From the human T2T-CHM13v2.0 reference genome, Homo sapiens, in NCBI RefSeq assembly GCF_009914755.1, contig NC_060925.1: a stretch of 64,000 nucleotides of DNA; one strand, given 5' to 3'. This document shows, piece by piece, positions 46,656 to 64,000 of this stretch. Both the position numbers and the translations under genes were made by a program. Numbering within the stretch: the stretch's first letter is position 1; each line of letters begins with the position of its first letter. The notes under the pieces were generated by a model. The model was not told the DNA's origin and searched no databases. It saw only the letters and a list, made by a program, of their open reading frames with translations.

Positions 46656-49068
46656 TCATCAAATATTGATAAAAGGACCACAGTGTGACAGAAGAGACTT
46701 TAGCAGGTGAAACTTGTGTCTCCTTATGGTTAAAGCAAAGCAAAGGAAACTGTAGCAAACACTCCTGAAAGAGCTGTAGCAAACCTGCAGGGTCCGCACA
46801 GCTTCCTAGGTCTCTGCCTAATCAGGAGTCATGACTAGTTTCAAGAACAGCCTGTGGGATTTGGCGGCTACTTTCACAGCTCTTCAGCTGATGTGAGGTC
46901 TGCCATTTACGACTTTGCAGGCTTCCTTTATGTGTGGCAAAATGGAGGGAGAGGTGCCAAGTCACAGCAAAATCCTGGCTTTCTTATTTCAAAGCACCAC
47001 CCCCCTTCCAGTCCTTTCTATTGCATGTTGTGGTGCCACCCATGGCTTAGGGAATTTCATTTTTAGCTCTCTGTGTTCCAAATACATTCTCAGTGAGTGA
47101 TGTCTTCTATCTTTCAGGGTTTCTGAGCCAGTTGTGTCCAGGTGAGTCACCTGCCCCAAAGGAATGCCAGATTCTGTTAGAAAGCCCCATGAAAGTGGAT
47201 CTACATCTTATTAATCTTACTTTCGTCTTAGTTGTACTGGTGAAGAAAAGTGCTTTTGTAAGAAAAGTGCTTTAACAAGCAGGGTTTCCCATTTTTTTCT
47301 CAGCTTAGGTAAGGCGGTAATTCTGATAAAGTAAATTGGTTTCCTAAACCAGTGTTATCACACTTTTCATAGTTATGGTATTTTTAGTGGTATAAATTGA
47401 AGGAATTAAAAGATTCATGTAACATCAGTAAATAAGTCAGCAGTCATTACTGATCAGTCTGAGGGGCAGAAAACAATCTTGTCTCACATTTTAATTTTCT
47501 TTTCAGTTCTCTCTTGGTCTCTCAGCAACACTGTTGCTGTTTGATAGAAATATTGACTACCCTAACTACTCTGTCTTATATACACAGAAGAGAGTGTTCT
47601 CAAGTGTTCCAGTAAATGCTTCTTTCTTTGGCACCTGTTTGATCTTGATACAATCCTTTCTGGTTCACAGCAAGTTTTGCTCTGCCCTACAGCCTGTCAC
47701 ACCACCCACTGCTTATCTGGCAGGCATTGCTGAATAGAATGTCTTTAGTGCTAGCCAAAAAGTATTGGGTATATTGATCACAAATTAATAACACATCCAC
47801 TTTTTTTTGGGATACATATACGTGCTGTGTTACACTCTTTGTGAACCATCGGTCTGGACAAATGCAGTCCAAGATTGTTTTGATTTTCTCTATTCCATCT
47901 TGTTTTCCTCTTTTACCTATAACTGTATTTAATGTGTGCTTTTGCCAAGATAATATGTGTGTGTGATTTTTTTCTTTCTTTCAGGGTACCAGCCTTCCTT
48001 TCCTTTGGGTCAAATGAGATCACAAAACAATAATAGCTGAGCACAGCTCTGGTTCTTGGTAAAGGAATCCAGTTTAGAGAAATTGCATTAGTCAAAAACA
48101 ATATGAGTTTGACCCCTATCCACTTAGTGATTGGGTGGTGTTAATCTGAACTCCTGTTCTTTCCTTTCCTCTAAATTAGAGATCATAATGATACCTGTCT
48201 ATGAAGATTAGATGCAATAATACATGGAATATGTGTAGCACAGGCCACAGTGCTTAGTATAATTTCCTTTTTTTAAATGGCTCTCTCCTTTTCTGGATAC
48301 CACTGTGTATCTGCTGGCACTGCTGCTAAATGCCTTGGGTCAGGCCTACAGAATGGATGAATTGGAATTGACAGCCAACCAGCAAGCAAGAGTTACTGGC
48401 TGACTTTCTGAAGTGTCAGAAAGATCCATATTAACTCTGTTCTTCATAAGAGGTTTAAACATAGCCCTCTTCTTATACACCTGCATTCAATTTTTTTTAC
48501 AAGAAAATCTCAGTAATCCCATTTTCTCATGGCATGAGTTTTCCTAATCCTGTACAGCATGATTGAAGAATCAAGCTGGCCATGCTTGGAATCAAATGAG
48601 ACTATTACCTGATCTCATGAGACTTTCTTCTGAGCCCATAAAAGCAACTGCTTCTCAAGACAGTTCTTTCAGGGGAGGAAGGGAGGAGAATTTATCCACT
48701 AGCTCCCATTTCTCATTGGTCAAATATTTGCTTTCTAGTACATTAGTTCTTCTACACATCTGGGTTGTACCTATGTGGGACCTAGCAAGCCTCATGTCAT
48801 TTCATCCCTCAGCATTGACTGGGCAAAAAGCAAGAAGTGCCTAGTGTGGGCATGTGAAAATATTGTTCGGCCTACATGAAATTAGTCAGAGATCAACCAA
48901 TGTTTGTCAGTGCAGTGACTACTGGTGTTGGAACAAGCATGGCAATGACAGAAGTAGATGCAGCCAAGATATTGAAATAAGCCATAGGCTGTACATGATA
49001 CATTCCACCCCTTGCACTATTCACATCAATTCATGTGCTCTCATTATATCCAGCTGCCATAATAAACA

Positions 49069-49098
49069 TTGTGTGTGCGTGTGTGTGTGTGTGTGTGT
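49069..49098. repeat. (TG)n microsatellite
   Basis: Direct reading. Confidence 0.95.
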
Positions 49099-49149
49099 GA
49101 ACAGCATGCTGTCACTTTTTTTCCCAAAAGGAGAGGTTCACTCAACCAA

Positions 49150-52300
<3,151 letters not shown>

Positions 52301-52324
52301 CAACTCATTCTTATCTTAGAGATA

Positions 52325-52851
52325 TGCCATCCAATAAAATAGCCAGTAGCCCCATGTGGCTATTTAAATGAATTTATAAAAATATATATATTTGGCTGGG
52401 TGCGGTGGCTCACACCTGTAATCCTAGCACTTTGGTAGTCGGAGGCAGGCGGATCACCTGAGGTCAGGAGTTCGAGATCAGCCTTGCCAATATGGTGAAA
52501 CCCCATCTCTACTAAAAATACAAAAATTACCCAGGCGTAGTAATGCGTGCCTGTAATCCTAGCTACTCAGGAGGCTGAGGCAGGAGAATCGCTGGAACCT
52601 GAGAGGCAGAGGCTGCAGTGAGCCAAGATAGCACCACTGCACTCCAGCCTGGGTGACAGAGCGAGACTCTGTCTTGAATATATATATATATTCATAAAAA
52701 AAAATATATATAACATATATATTCAACTCCACAGTTTCACTAACCAAATTTCAAGTGTTCAATAGCTACATGTAGCTAGTGGCTACTCTGTTGTACAGCA
52801 CAGACATAAAAACATTTCTATCATGGCAGAAAGTTCTATTGGACAGCACTA
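52325..52851. mobile_element. MER3 (hAT-Charlie) split by AluS (52394-52677)
   Basis: ATGTGGCTATTTAAAT...TTTCAAGTGTTCAATAGCTACATGT...GAAAGTTCTATTGGACAGCACT. Confidence 0.85.
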
Positions 52852-54559
52852 CCTTAGAAACTCTATCATCATATGGCAGGTTAAGATGCAAACCCAGGTC
52901 TATCTGATGCTAAAGCCCATGCTTTTTCTACTTTAGCAAGTCACAGCCAGACTGGGTCTAAGCAAATGCTTTTCTGTTGTGTCCAAGAGCAAAATGAGCT
53001 CTCCAATCAGATTTTTGTGCAATTAAGTTTTGGTTCATGCAGTGTGGCTGCAAATTCTCTTTCATTTCGATAAATAAAAGAGGCATTTTATCTAAAGGCC
53101 AAGTCTGTAATAGTGACTCTCCATATCTGACTTCTCTTTCTTGGCTTCAGAGGACTCAGAAAGCAGTTTCCTTTTTAAAGAAAGTTTTTATATAGCTCAG
53201 AAATATTATGCATTTCCAAAGAAATAGAGCAGACTAGCATTCTGTGGCAGACAGCAGAATCTCTGTGAATGCTGTGGTTCTGCATTTCCATCTGTACTCC
53301 ATAAAAGGCGAGGATCATTGTCCCCACAGAATGCAGCTGAATGGCAGCTGGAGCATGAATGGACAGGAAAAAACACTCTCCTCCCTCTAATAACACCACT
53401 TATGGCAGACAGGCGAGGTTCTCTTCTGAATGTGGTAAAGAGATACCGTTATGATAAGAGTAATTATTATACATTAGTTAAAATCCCATTTAGGGAGCGT
53501 TATATTGCAGCTTTTTTAAAAGAGGTTTGCTAACCCTCCAAGTTTGAGGGAGAGATTAATTAGTGTCAGTAAAGGATCTCCAAGATAAAAACAAATTAAG
53601 CCTCCTCATTTAGCCTTGCTTGGGTGTCCTTGAGTTGCTGCTTCCTTTGTGACAGGGACAGTGTTTGGTCTGATCTATTCTGCTTGGAGAGAAGGGAAGG
53701 GAACTCAAATTTGCTAGGGCTTCTGATGTGCCAGACACCATGATACGTACTTTAGAAGAAGGAGGCACCTTTGAACTAGGATTTCCCATTGTTCCCACTC
53801 AGCCCACTGCAGAACATTTGCTAAATTGAGGCATTTATGCCCTAAGACTATCTTTGTGACACAGATTGAGTCATGTTTTGGGTGGCCCCTCCCAAGCCAC
53901 TCTGGATTATTTACTTGCATTTCATTCAAACGGGCAAAAGAAAAATAGAAGGTTAAAAAAACATAGTTCAGTTGTTTGTTTCTTTTAAACACTCCCATGA
54001 ATACTAAAAATATTTGCTTCAGGACTGCTGGCTTTGGGGATATTTTGAAAATATGGCAACAGGTCGAATTCCTACCAGAAATAAATATTGTTAGCTTTTA
54101 TCCTTTGTTCAGTCTCACTGGCTACAAGATTTTATCATTTCTCCCATCAAGTATTTTGAATTTTTAGCCTAGGTTTTCTGAGACAGACTTCATCTTATGT
54201 ACTGCACTATTGTCAGTTAAAGCAAATCATTACATGCGAACTTAAATGCATTTCGATCTTGTTATCTTTGTGAAATTTATTACATTAAGTAAACTTACAA
54301 ATTATTAAAAAAAAATCTTACACCATGAGTCTAATTTTAGTTTCAGGAAATAGTTGTGCCTATCACCCAAATCATTACCTGTTCCATTTATTTCAATTGA
54401 TTTTGCTAGTTGTGTAAATGTAGACCAATTATTTACACTGAGACTTCACTTTTTTTCTTCACTAAAAAGAAGAATAATAGTTACTTCATAGGATTCCAAT
54501 GAGGATCAAATGGGATGATGCACTTAGTGACTTCACCTTCATGTCAAGATAGTGTAATA

Positions 54560-55205
<646 letters not shown>

Positions 55206-55210
55206 AAGCT

Positions 55211-56480
<1,270 letters not shown>

Positions 56481-56889
56481 AGAAATGAATTAGAAAATTC
56501 AAAATGATTTAAAAGTAATGTTATAAAGGATAGCAAATGAAAAAATGAATGAAGAACAGCTAAGCTGCATTTATTAGAGAGGAAATTTGGATAATAGAGT
56601 ATTAGGGAAACCGAGGAAGAACTTGGGTAGGAAGAGGAGAAAGTGAAGTGCTGTAGAGAGGTGCTGGAAGTGCAGCAAGTGCATTGGCAAAACTAGGGTG
56701 ACCTGTGTATAATGACAGACAGAATAGGGTATTAGAAAGTAGTGTCACAAGATTCACAGGGCTGCATGCTGCAAGATGCCCATCACAAATGTGGCACTTC
56801 GCAGACTAACCATTTTGTGAGATTGCCTTCCTTCAAGATCGAACTAGATGCTCATTTTAACCCAATTTCACCTGGATAAAACTCTAAAA

Positions 56890-57277
56890 GGTCGGAATAG
56901 GCTAGTGCCTCAAATTCAGTATTTTAACGTAATAAACGTCTTTTTCTCTCTCATGGCAATCCAGTAAAGGCCTGCAGAAGGATTCTGCTCCATGTGGTCA
57001 TTCGGGAGCCCAGGCTCCTTTTGTCTTGTGTCTCTGCTCTTCTCTCCATTTTTCAAATTCTGTCCACTTAGCTAGTGGGTAGGAAAGGAGAACCAGGACT
57101 GCATGAAGGACATTTTTAACATTTCAGGCATAGATGTGGCACATGCCATGTAGGTTCATATTCCATTGGCTGAAATTCAGACACATGGTCTCAACTAATT
57201 GCAAGATGTGCTCCAGCCATGTGCCCAGAAGAAAAGCAGAACACTGGTATTTGTAAACACCAATAATCTCTACAACA
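56890..57277 (-). mobile_element. MLT1J/K-like MaLR LTR
   Basis: CATATTCCATTGGC...ACATGGTC...TGTGCCCAGAAGAAAA. Confidence 0.7.
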
Positions 57278-57783
57278 GATGTCCTTGTCCTGTGTGTTGA
57301 TGCTTTGCGAACCAGACTCCTTTGTTGAACACTGAGCCTAACTCCAATTTATTTTCTAAGTGAATTTAATTGTTTTTATTACAGTAAATGCTCATGGAAA
57401 GAATTTAAATTGGAGTCAAACATGAATATTTTCTAACATTATTGAATGGAAATAAAGCATCATACAAAGATATAAACAAAGTTTTCAAATTTCAATATGT
57501 TAGGGGAGGACAAAAGAATCTTACAAATCATTTAATTCAGTCTTCTAATTTTGCAGTTAACTAAACTGGACCAACAGCCCACATCTACGTAGATAATTAG
57601 TAAGAGAGCCAGGGTTTAAACCTAACTGGTGTCATGTCAGGCTTTAAACTACAAACAAGAATTTAACACATCAAGACAAAAAGTCTTCATGTTATACTTT
57701 TAAAAGGCACAGAACAATTAAACAGTTTAGAAATCTAATATGTCTTTAAATTACACGGATGCATTAAGGAACCTCATTTTTAA

Positions 57784-58428
<645 letters not shown>

Positions 58429-58899
58429 TAGTTGATGAGATGATAACAAGCGTCTACCAGAGAAGTGCCTGCTGTCCATGGGTTAATGAATTGGATTATT
58501 ACAGCAGTGGAGGTGGGTCTCTTTCTTTAGGAAATAGTTGATCAATTTTCTTTGGCTTTCATAATCTTAAATTTAGATCAAGTCAGAGAAATGACAATAT
58601 ATAGCCTTTTGCTTTTAGGATAACAGTATTTTTCAATACACATAGACTTGTTTTGCAATAAATATTCTTTTTTTCTGATCTAAGTGCCACCATTTATCTC
58701 CTGTTCTTCTTTATATTTTGTATACACAAAGCCTAAATTGGGTTTGATAGTAGGAATTAAGGAGTTCCATATGAATGGATTTTCCAGACAAAGGAAGCTT
58801 ACCTACATTATTGAAATTTAACAATTTTAGAAGGAAATCTTTCTAGGCTGTATCACCTACTTATCCATCACCTTTAAAAGAGTCTTGATATCTTCCCTT

Positions 58900-59125
58900 T
58901 AATAGAGAGCTGAGAACAGAGATTTGAAGCCAGACCGCTTATGTTTAAGACCTGGTTCTGACTCTTACCAGCTGTGTGACCTCAGGCACGTTACTGTCTT
59001 GGTTTCCTCATTTGTAAAATAAGAATATTAGTATATTCTTCTTAAAGTAGTTGTGAAGATTGAAAGATAATATATATAAGGCACTTAAGACAGTGTCTGG
59101 TATATAATAATTACTAAGTATATAT
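58900..59125 (+). mobile_element. MIR
   Basis: CTTACCAGCTGTGTGACCTCAGGCA...GTTTCCTCATTTGTAAAAT. Confidence 0.85.
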
Positions 59126-60155
59126 TAGCTCAAGGAGTCACAGTCTACAATGTGAGAGGGGGGTTGGCAGAAGTAAGATATTAATTAATGGAATATACAA
59201 GTGCATTTACCAACTTGTGATAAGTGATAGAAAAGGAAAGTACTAAGTGCTATTAGAGTGTTAACAGGGGAACCAGATTTAGCCTGGCATTGTGTTATAG
59301 AATTCTTTACATTTTAGTTTTTCCTACTGATGTGTGAATTTTTTGAAAGCAAGAAGCATGTCTTAATCTTCCTTATGTAACTGTCAGTAAGCACAGTCTC
59401 TGGCGCATAGCAGGGGCTCGAGACTACTTTGGAAGGAGAGATTAAAGGAAAGAAAGAAAAAATTCTACAGGCATCACCCGGAGAATATAAAGATATTCCA
59501 GGCAAGTATTCTGCAGGGGGTAGAGAATTATGCTCCTTGGTGACCCTGCCACCTGCAGAGGTGCAGTACCTCCCGCACAGGGGTCAGCATCCCAGTGATT
59601 CCTGGCATCTGCAGCTTAATGAGGATGTATCCATTTATGCATTAAGGTTCATTTCCCTTGTTCAAAGCAGTCCCTCAGGTCTTCCCGGAGGACTGGTTTG
59701 CTTATTTTATACAGGATTCTTAGAATACTGCTGACATGTTTGATAATCAGAGAGTCTTGGGAAGGGGGTTGCTTATCTTGGGGAAAGTCAGCGAGCTATG
59801 TTTGAAGGCAGGTTTTCTTCCTCTCTTGAGAGAGTTGAGCAGTTTGAAAATAGGCTGCCTTCAGCCTTGCTTGGAATCTGGAGTGAAAGAGAAATACAGG
59901 GATGCAGCACTGAAGGAGCCCTGCTGTTCTCCTGGCCTGAGGGCTGAATTGATTCCACAGGTAACCTAGCATGAGCCTTCCACTTCATATGGGAGAAAAG
60001 GGAGGAGCAGATGGCCAGGTGCCTTGCCCCAGGTCACACAGTGGCAAAGCCTGAAGCCCTCAGACTTGCACGCTCCCAGCTGACACCCTATACCACAACA
60101 CATGGGGAATGGGAAATTGGAATCGACTTTAAAAAAAAAAATCTATGAATCAAAA

Positions 60156-60293
60156 GCCGGGTTTGTTGGGGCATACCTGTAGTCCTAGCTACTCAGGAGG
60201 CTGAGCTGGAGGATCACTTGAGCCCAGGAGTTCAAAGCTAGCCTGGGCAATATAATGAGACCCTATCTCTAAAATAATAATAATAATAATAAA
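60156..60293 (+). mobile_element. FLAM monomer
   Basis: TSD AAAATCTATGAAT, (TAA)n tail. Confidence 0.9.
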
Positions 60294-60429
60294 ATCTATG
60301 AATAAGTTAGGAAAGACAAGGAAGAGACTGACTTGTGCGAACCTCCAATTTTAAATTGTGTTAGCTTAGAAGAAAGACTATTTTTTAAAAATGTAATCAA
60401 AATAGTTGATGAGAACAACAGTAATACCA

Positions 60430-60620
60430 GAAAACACTTATATGTTATTTGTTATTTGCTTGGCATCATTCTGAGAGTTTTATATGTATAAATTCATTTA
60501 ACTTCCATAACACTTCCTGGCCTAGATTTTATTAATTTTACACGTGAGGAAAACTGAGACATGGGAGCTTAAGCAACTTGCCCAAGGTCACACATTTAGT
60601 CGGTTGGAGAGTTAGAATGA
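60430..60620 (-). mobile_element. MIR
   Basis: GAGGAAAACTGAGAC...AACTTGCCCAAGGTCACAC. Confidence 0.8.
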
Positions 60621-60685
60621 AGATTTAGTTAAATATTTGCAGGAGCTGCGGAGTGTGCTGGCTAGCTGTCTTGCTGCTGCCACGG

Positions 60686-60704
60686 CTCTGCCCTCTGGCG
60701 GCTC
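60686..60704 (-). promoter_or_regulatory. CTCF core motif
   Basis: Minus strand GAGCCGCCAGAGGGCAGAG; the core CCGCCAGAGGGCAG fits CCRSYAGRKGGCRS. Confidence 0.6.
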
Positions 60705-61155
60705 ACCCTGGCCCATGGATGAGGATGTCTGGCTAAGCCCAGGGCTTAATGGCCCTCTCCTGCTTTACAGAAGAACCCTGGAGTCGGGGCTCCTTGACAT
60801 AAAACTGGTTTGTGTCCATAGGTTTATGACATTACTTTTTTATGTTGTCAGTGGGGCAGTGTCCTGGTAATTGCTGTCATTGTTCTATATTTGTCCCTGT
60901 ATAGTCACTGGCTGAGAGCTTTCTTAAACTGAAACTCTAGAGCACTGAAGGATTTTAGATTTTTCTAGATACAAAATAGAATTTCAGGGGCATAGCGAAT
61001 TTTGGGATCTGTCTTCAGCTTTCTTTATATCAGTGGAAATCCACCCCAGATATTAGAAATAAGGACCAGAAAAAAATTAATTAACTGTGATGGAGGAATC
61101 TAGTCATTGGACCAATTTGCTTTAAGAAACAAAAGAATTATGAAAAACTCAGAAA

Positions 61156-61697
<542 letters not shown>

Positions 61698-63529
61698 TTA
61701 CAAGCCCTCAAGTTTGGAAAATCATCTGCAGATGTTAAGATATGTCCAGATAAGAAAACATCCAAATTGAACTGAGAGCACAAGGAACTACCCTGGACAG
61801 AATAAAAGTGAAAACTAGGTGAAAAAAAAATTAAAGAAAGGCAAGGGCATTACTGAATACTTACTATGTGCTAATCTTTGCCAAGGTACACTTCTCTGTC
61901 CCTTTAATGTGGTCCCATTCTCACTCGTTTCCCATTCTCAGATCTCACCTCAAAGCTTTGCTAAGAGAAGCAGTTAGGATCAACAAGAGAGTCTTGTTTC
62001 ATTTCAGGAGCTCCACTAAGAAGGCTCCTGGAGTCGAACTTGTCCCAGGCTCAGAGGAAAGGGACGGTCAGACTCTATCCTTAACTAGGACCCAGGGGAG
62101 AAGACAGAAAAGAAAAAGAAAGTATGGAGGAAACAGAGAAGGTAAATTCTGTGTGGACTCAAAGGCAGCCTGTTGAGAACAGCAGCTGAACTGTTTTTAG
62201 CATCCTCTGGATTCCAAATGTGTCTGTGACCCAGCTACAAGAAAACTGGGCTCTTCCTGGTAATGGTTGATATCTGTATGCCCTTCCAGATCTCAGCTGC
62301 ATAAAGGCAAAACTCCATCTAGTCCAACTGTCAGGATAGCCCTCTGTGCTAATTACACAAATAAGCAGGCTGAGATCTAGATAGCTTACCAAAACTCAAA
62401 CAGCTAGTATAAGGCAGAATGAGGCCTAAAACCCAGGTCTGGCGTTTTGAAACCAAAACACTTTTCATTACTTCAGGTGCTGGTTAAATATCCAGCCCAG
62501 CACACAAATGCCCTCGTGAGTTAGGATACTTGTGTGTGTGTCTGAGTTCTCCATCCCTTTTCTGCCCCTCAGTTCCTCCTCCCAGGGGCACAGAGCCCTG
62601 ATGTTGCCCTGGAGAAGGCCTTGCAACATCTGGAAGTCCAGGGAGAGTGAAGTGACTGCTGTGCCAGGTTGAGTCAGTGGAGGAACGCAGGCGTGTCAGC
62701 GGGTTCCCAGGGGCGCTTTTCATCACCGAGGCACTCAGTAACAGGCTATCAATACCATTCCGAAATAGAAAGCATCAAACGGCCCAGGCTGTGGCTTTGA
62801 GTCGCCACCGAGGTGGCCAGCACAGGAAGCATTAGCACGTCTTGCTTTTCTAGGAATAAAAGAACCGCAACTGTGTCCTTGAGTGTGTTAAACAATGTTA
62901 ACTAGAGGGAAGGGTCAGGAGAGAGGTATGTGTGGTGGTTTATGGGCAGGAGATGAGAGAAACCACATGGCTCATTTGCCCGGCACTAATGGATCTGAAG
63001 CCAGGAGCCGGAGGCCAAGGGCACTGCTGTCTTGAAATGAGAAGAACTGAGAACAAGGGAAGTCCATTAGTGTCATGTTTGTGTTTCTCCTCCTCTGAAG
63101 CTGGATTCCAAGCTCACAGGGAGAAACGACCAACAGTTTTCATCCTCAAGAGCTTTTTCCCGTTAGTGTCAAATTATGCCAGTATGGAAAAGGCAAAAAA
63201 ACAGCAGTATAAATGGAGGCATTTGGAAGCGTACTAGGAAGCCTCTCTCCTCTGCCCAGGGCAAAGCTCAGATGCCTTAGGAAGATGATTAAGTTGATAT
63301 TTGGGGCAGGGGTTGCTCCTTCGCCCTTGACACGTGGATTTTCAGCAAGAGATCACCTTACTTACACAGGGTCTGAATCAAGTCCTGCTAACTAAAAAGT
63401 CAACCAAAGGCATCCAATTCACAATGTGACCTATTAATCAAGATCATCATGTACCTTAGCTCTGAGCCATCACTAATTTCACCAAAACAAAATTGTTTTG
63501 ATCTATAGAAATAAAAAATAACATCTTTA

Positions 63530-64000
63530 AAATAATAACATCTAATATGTACAAGCACTTACTTTGGGCCAGGCATTAAGTGCTTTACAAGTTCTAACCC
63601 ATTTAACTCTTACAGTGATGCAAAGAGGTAGAAAATTGTTGTATCCCCACTTTCAAACAAGAACACAGAGACACAGTGGAGTATTTCATCATCTATTGCC
63701 ACTTAACAAACTACTGCAATACTTCGTGACCTAAAACAACAATTTATTGCCATTATCTCATGTTTCTGGGGGAGCAGGAATTTGACGGGCAGTGCTACTC
63801 TGCTCCATGGGGTCTAGGACTACAGCTGGGATGATTTGAATAGTGAGGGGCTGGCCAGGCATCTCTGTCTGCATGGTGACTTCACAGGGCTAGCTTGAGT
63901 TTTTTCCTAGCATAGTGGCCTCGGGGTAGTTGGACTTCCAACATGGTGCCCCAGGGCAAGTTGTCCAAGAGGTCTGAGTGGAAGCTATAAGGCTTCTTAT
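63530..64000 (-). mobile_element. MIR (63530-63675) followed by MLT1-type LTR (cut by window edge)
   Basis: AAGCACTTACTTTGGGCCAGGCA; CTAAAACAACAATTTATT...GTAGTTGGACTTC. Confidence 0.7.

Noticed and set aside
62800-62820. CCACCGAGGTGGC as a CTCF site
   Set aside because: It has one extra base in the core relative to CCACCAGGTGGC on both strands; kept only as a palindrome.

Overview
Primate (most likely human) non-coding genomic DNA, either intergenic or deep intronic. I find no credible protein-coding gene, RNA gene or CRISPR-like array; the ORF track is almost all Alu, microsatellite or chance ORFs. The window holds about 50 Alu-family copies (FAM/FLAM/FRAM monomers, AluJ/S/Y), many with target-site duplications (TSDs). 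It also holds MIR and L2 relics, L1 fragments, DNA transposons (Tigger3-type, MER47A, MER5, MER3, MER20B, MER112, MER81-like), MaLR/LTR16 solo LTRs, five MER34/MER39-group ERV1 solo LTRs, one MER50 LTR and a ~3 kb decayed ERV-L pol remnant. Repeat family names are recalled from consensus sequences, not from a search, and repeat boundaries are approximate. The most unusual structure is a 148-bp, ~96%-identical non-Alu inverted duplication (2793-3204) inserted with microhomology into an LTR16 element. Two smaller templated patches lie within the same ~4.3 kb. Several repeat-free islands look regulatory: a TEAD/NF-kB/PBX-MEIS cluster at 32.9-34.1 kb, a PBX-MEIS-E-box module at 36.4 kb, an AP-1/E-box palindrome at 47.1 kb and a CTCF motif at 60.7 kb. 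I cannot support a genuinely new biological system from the sequence alone.
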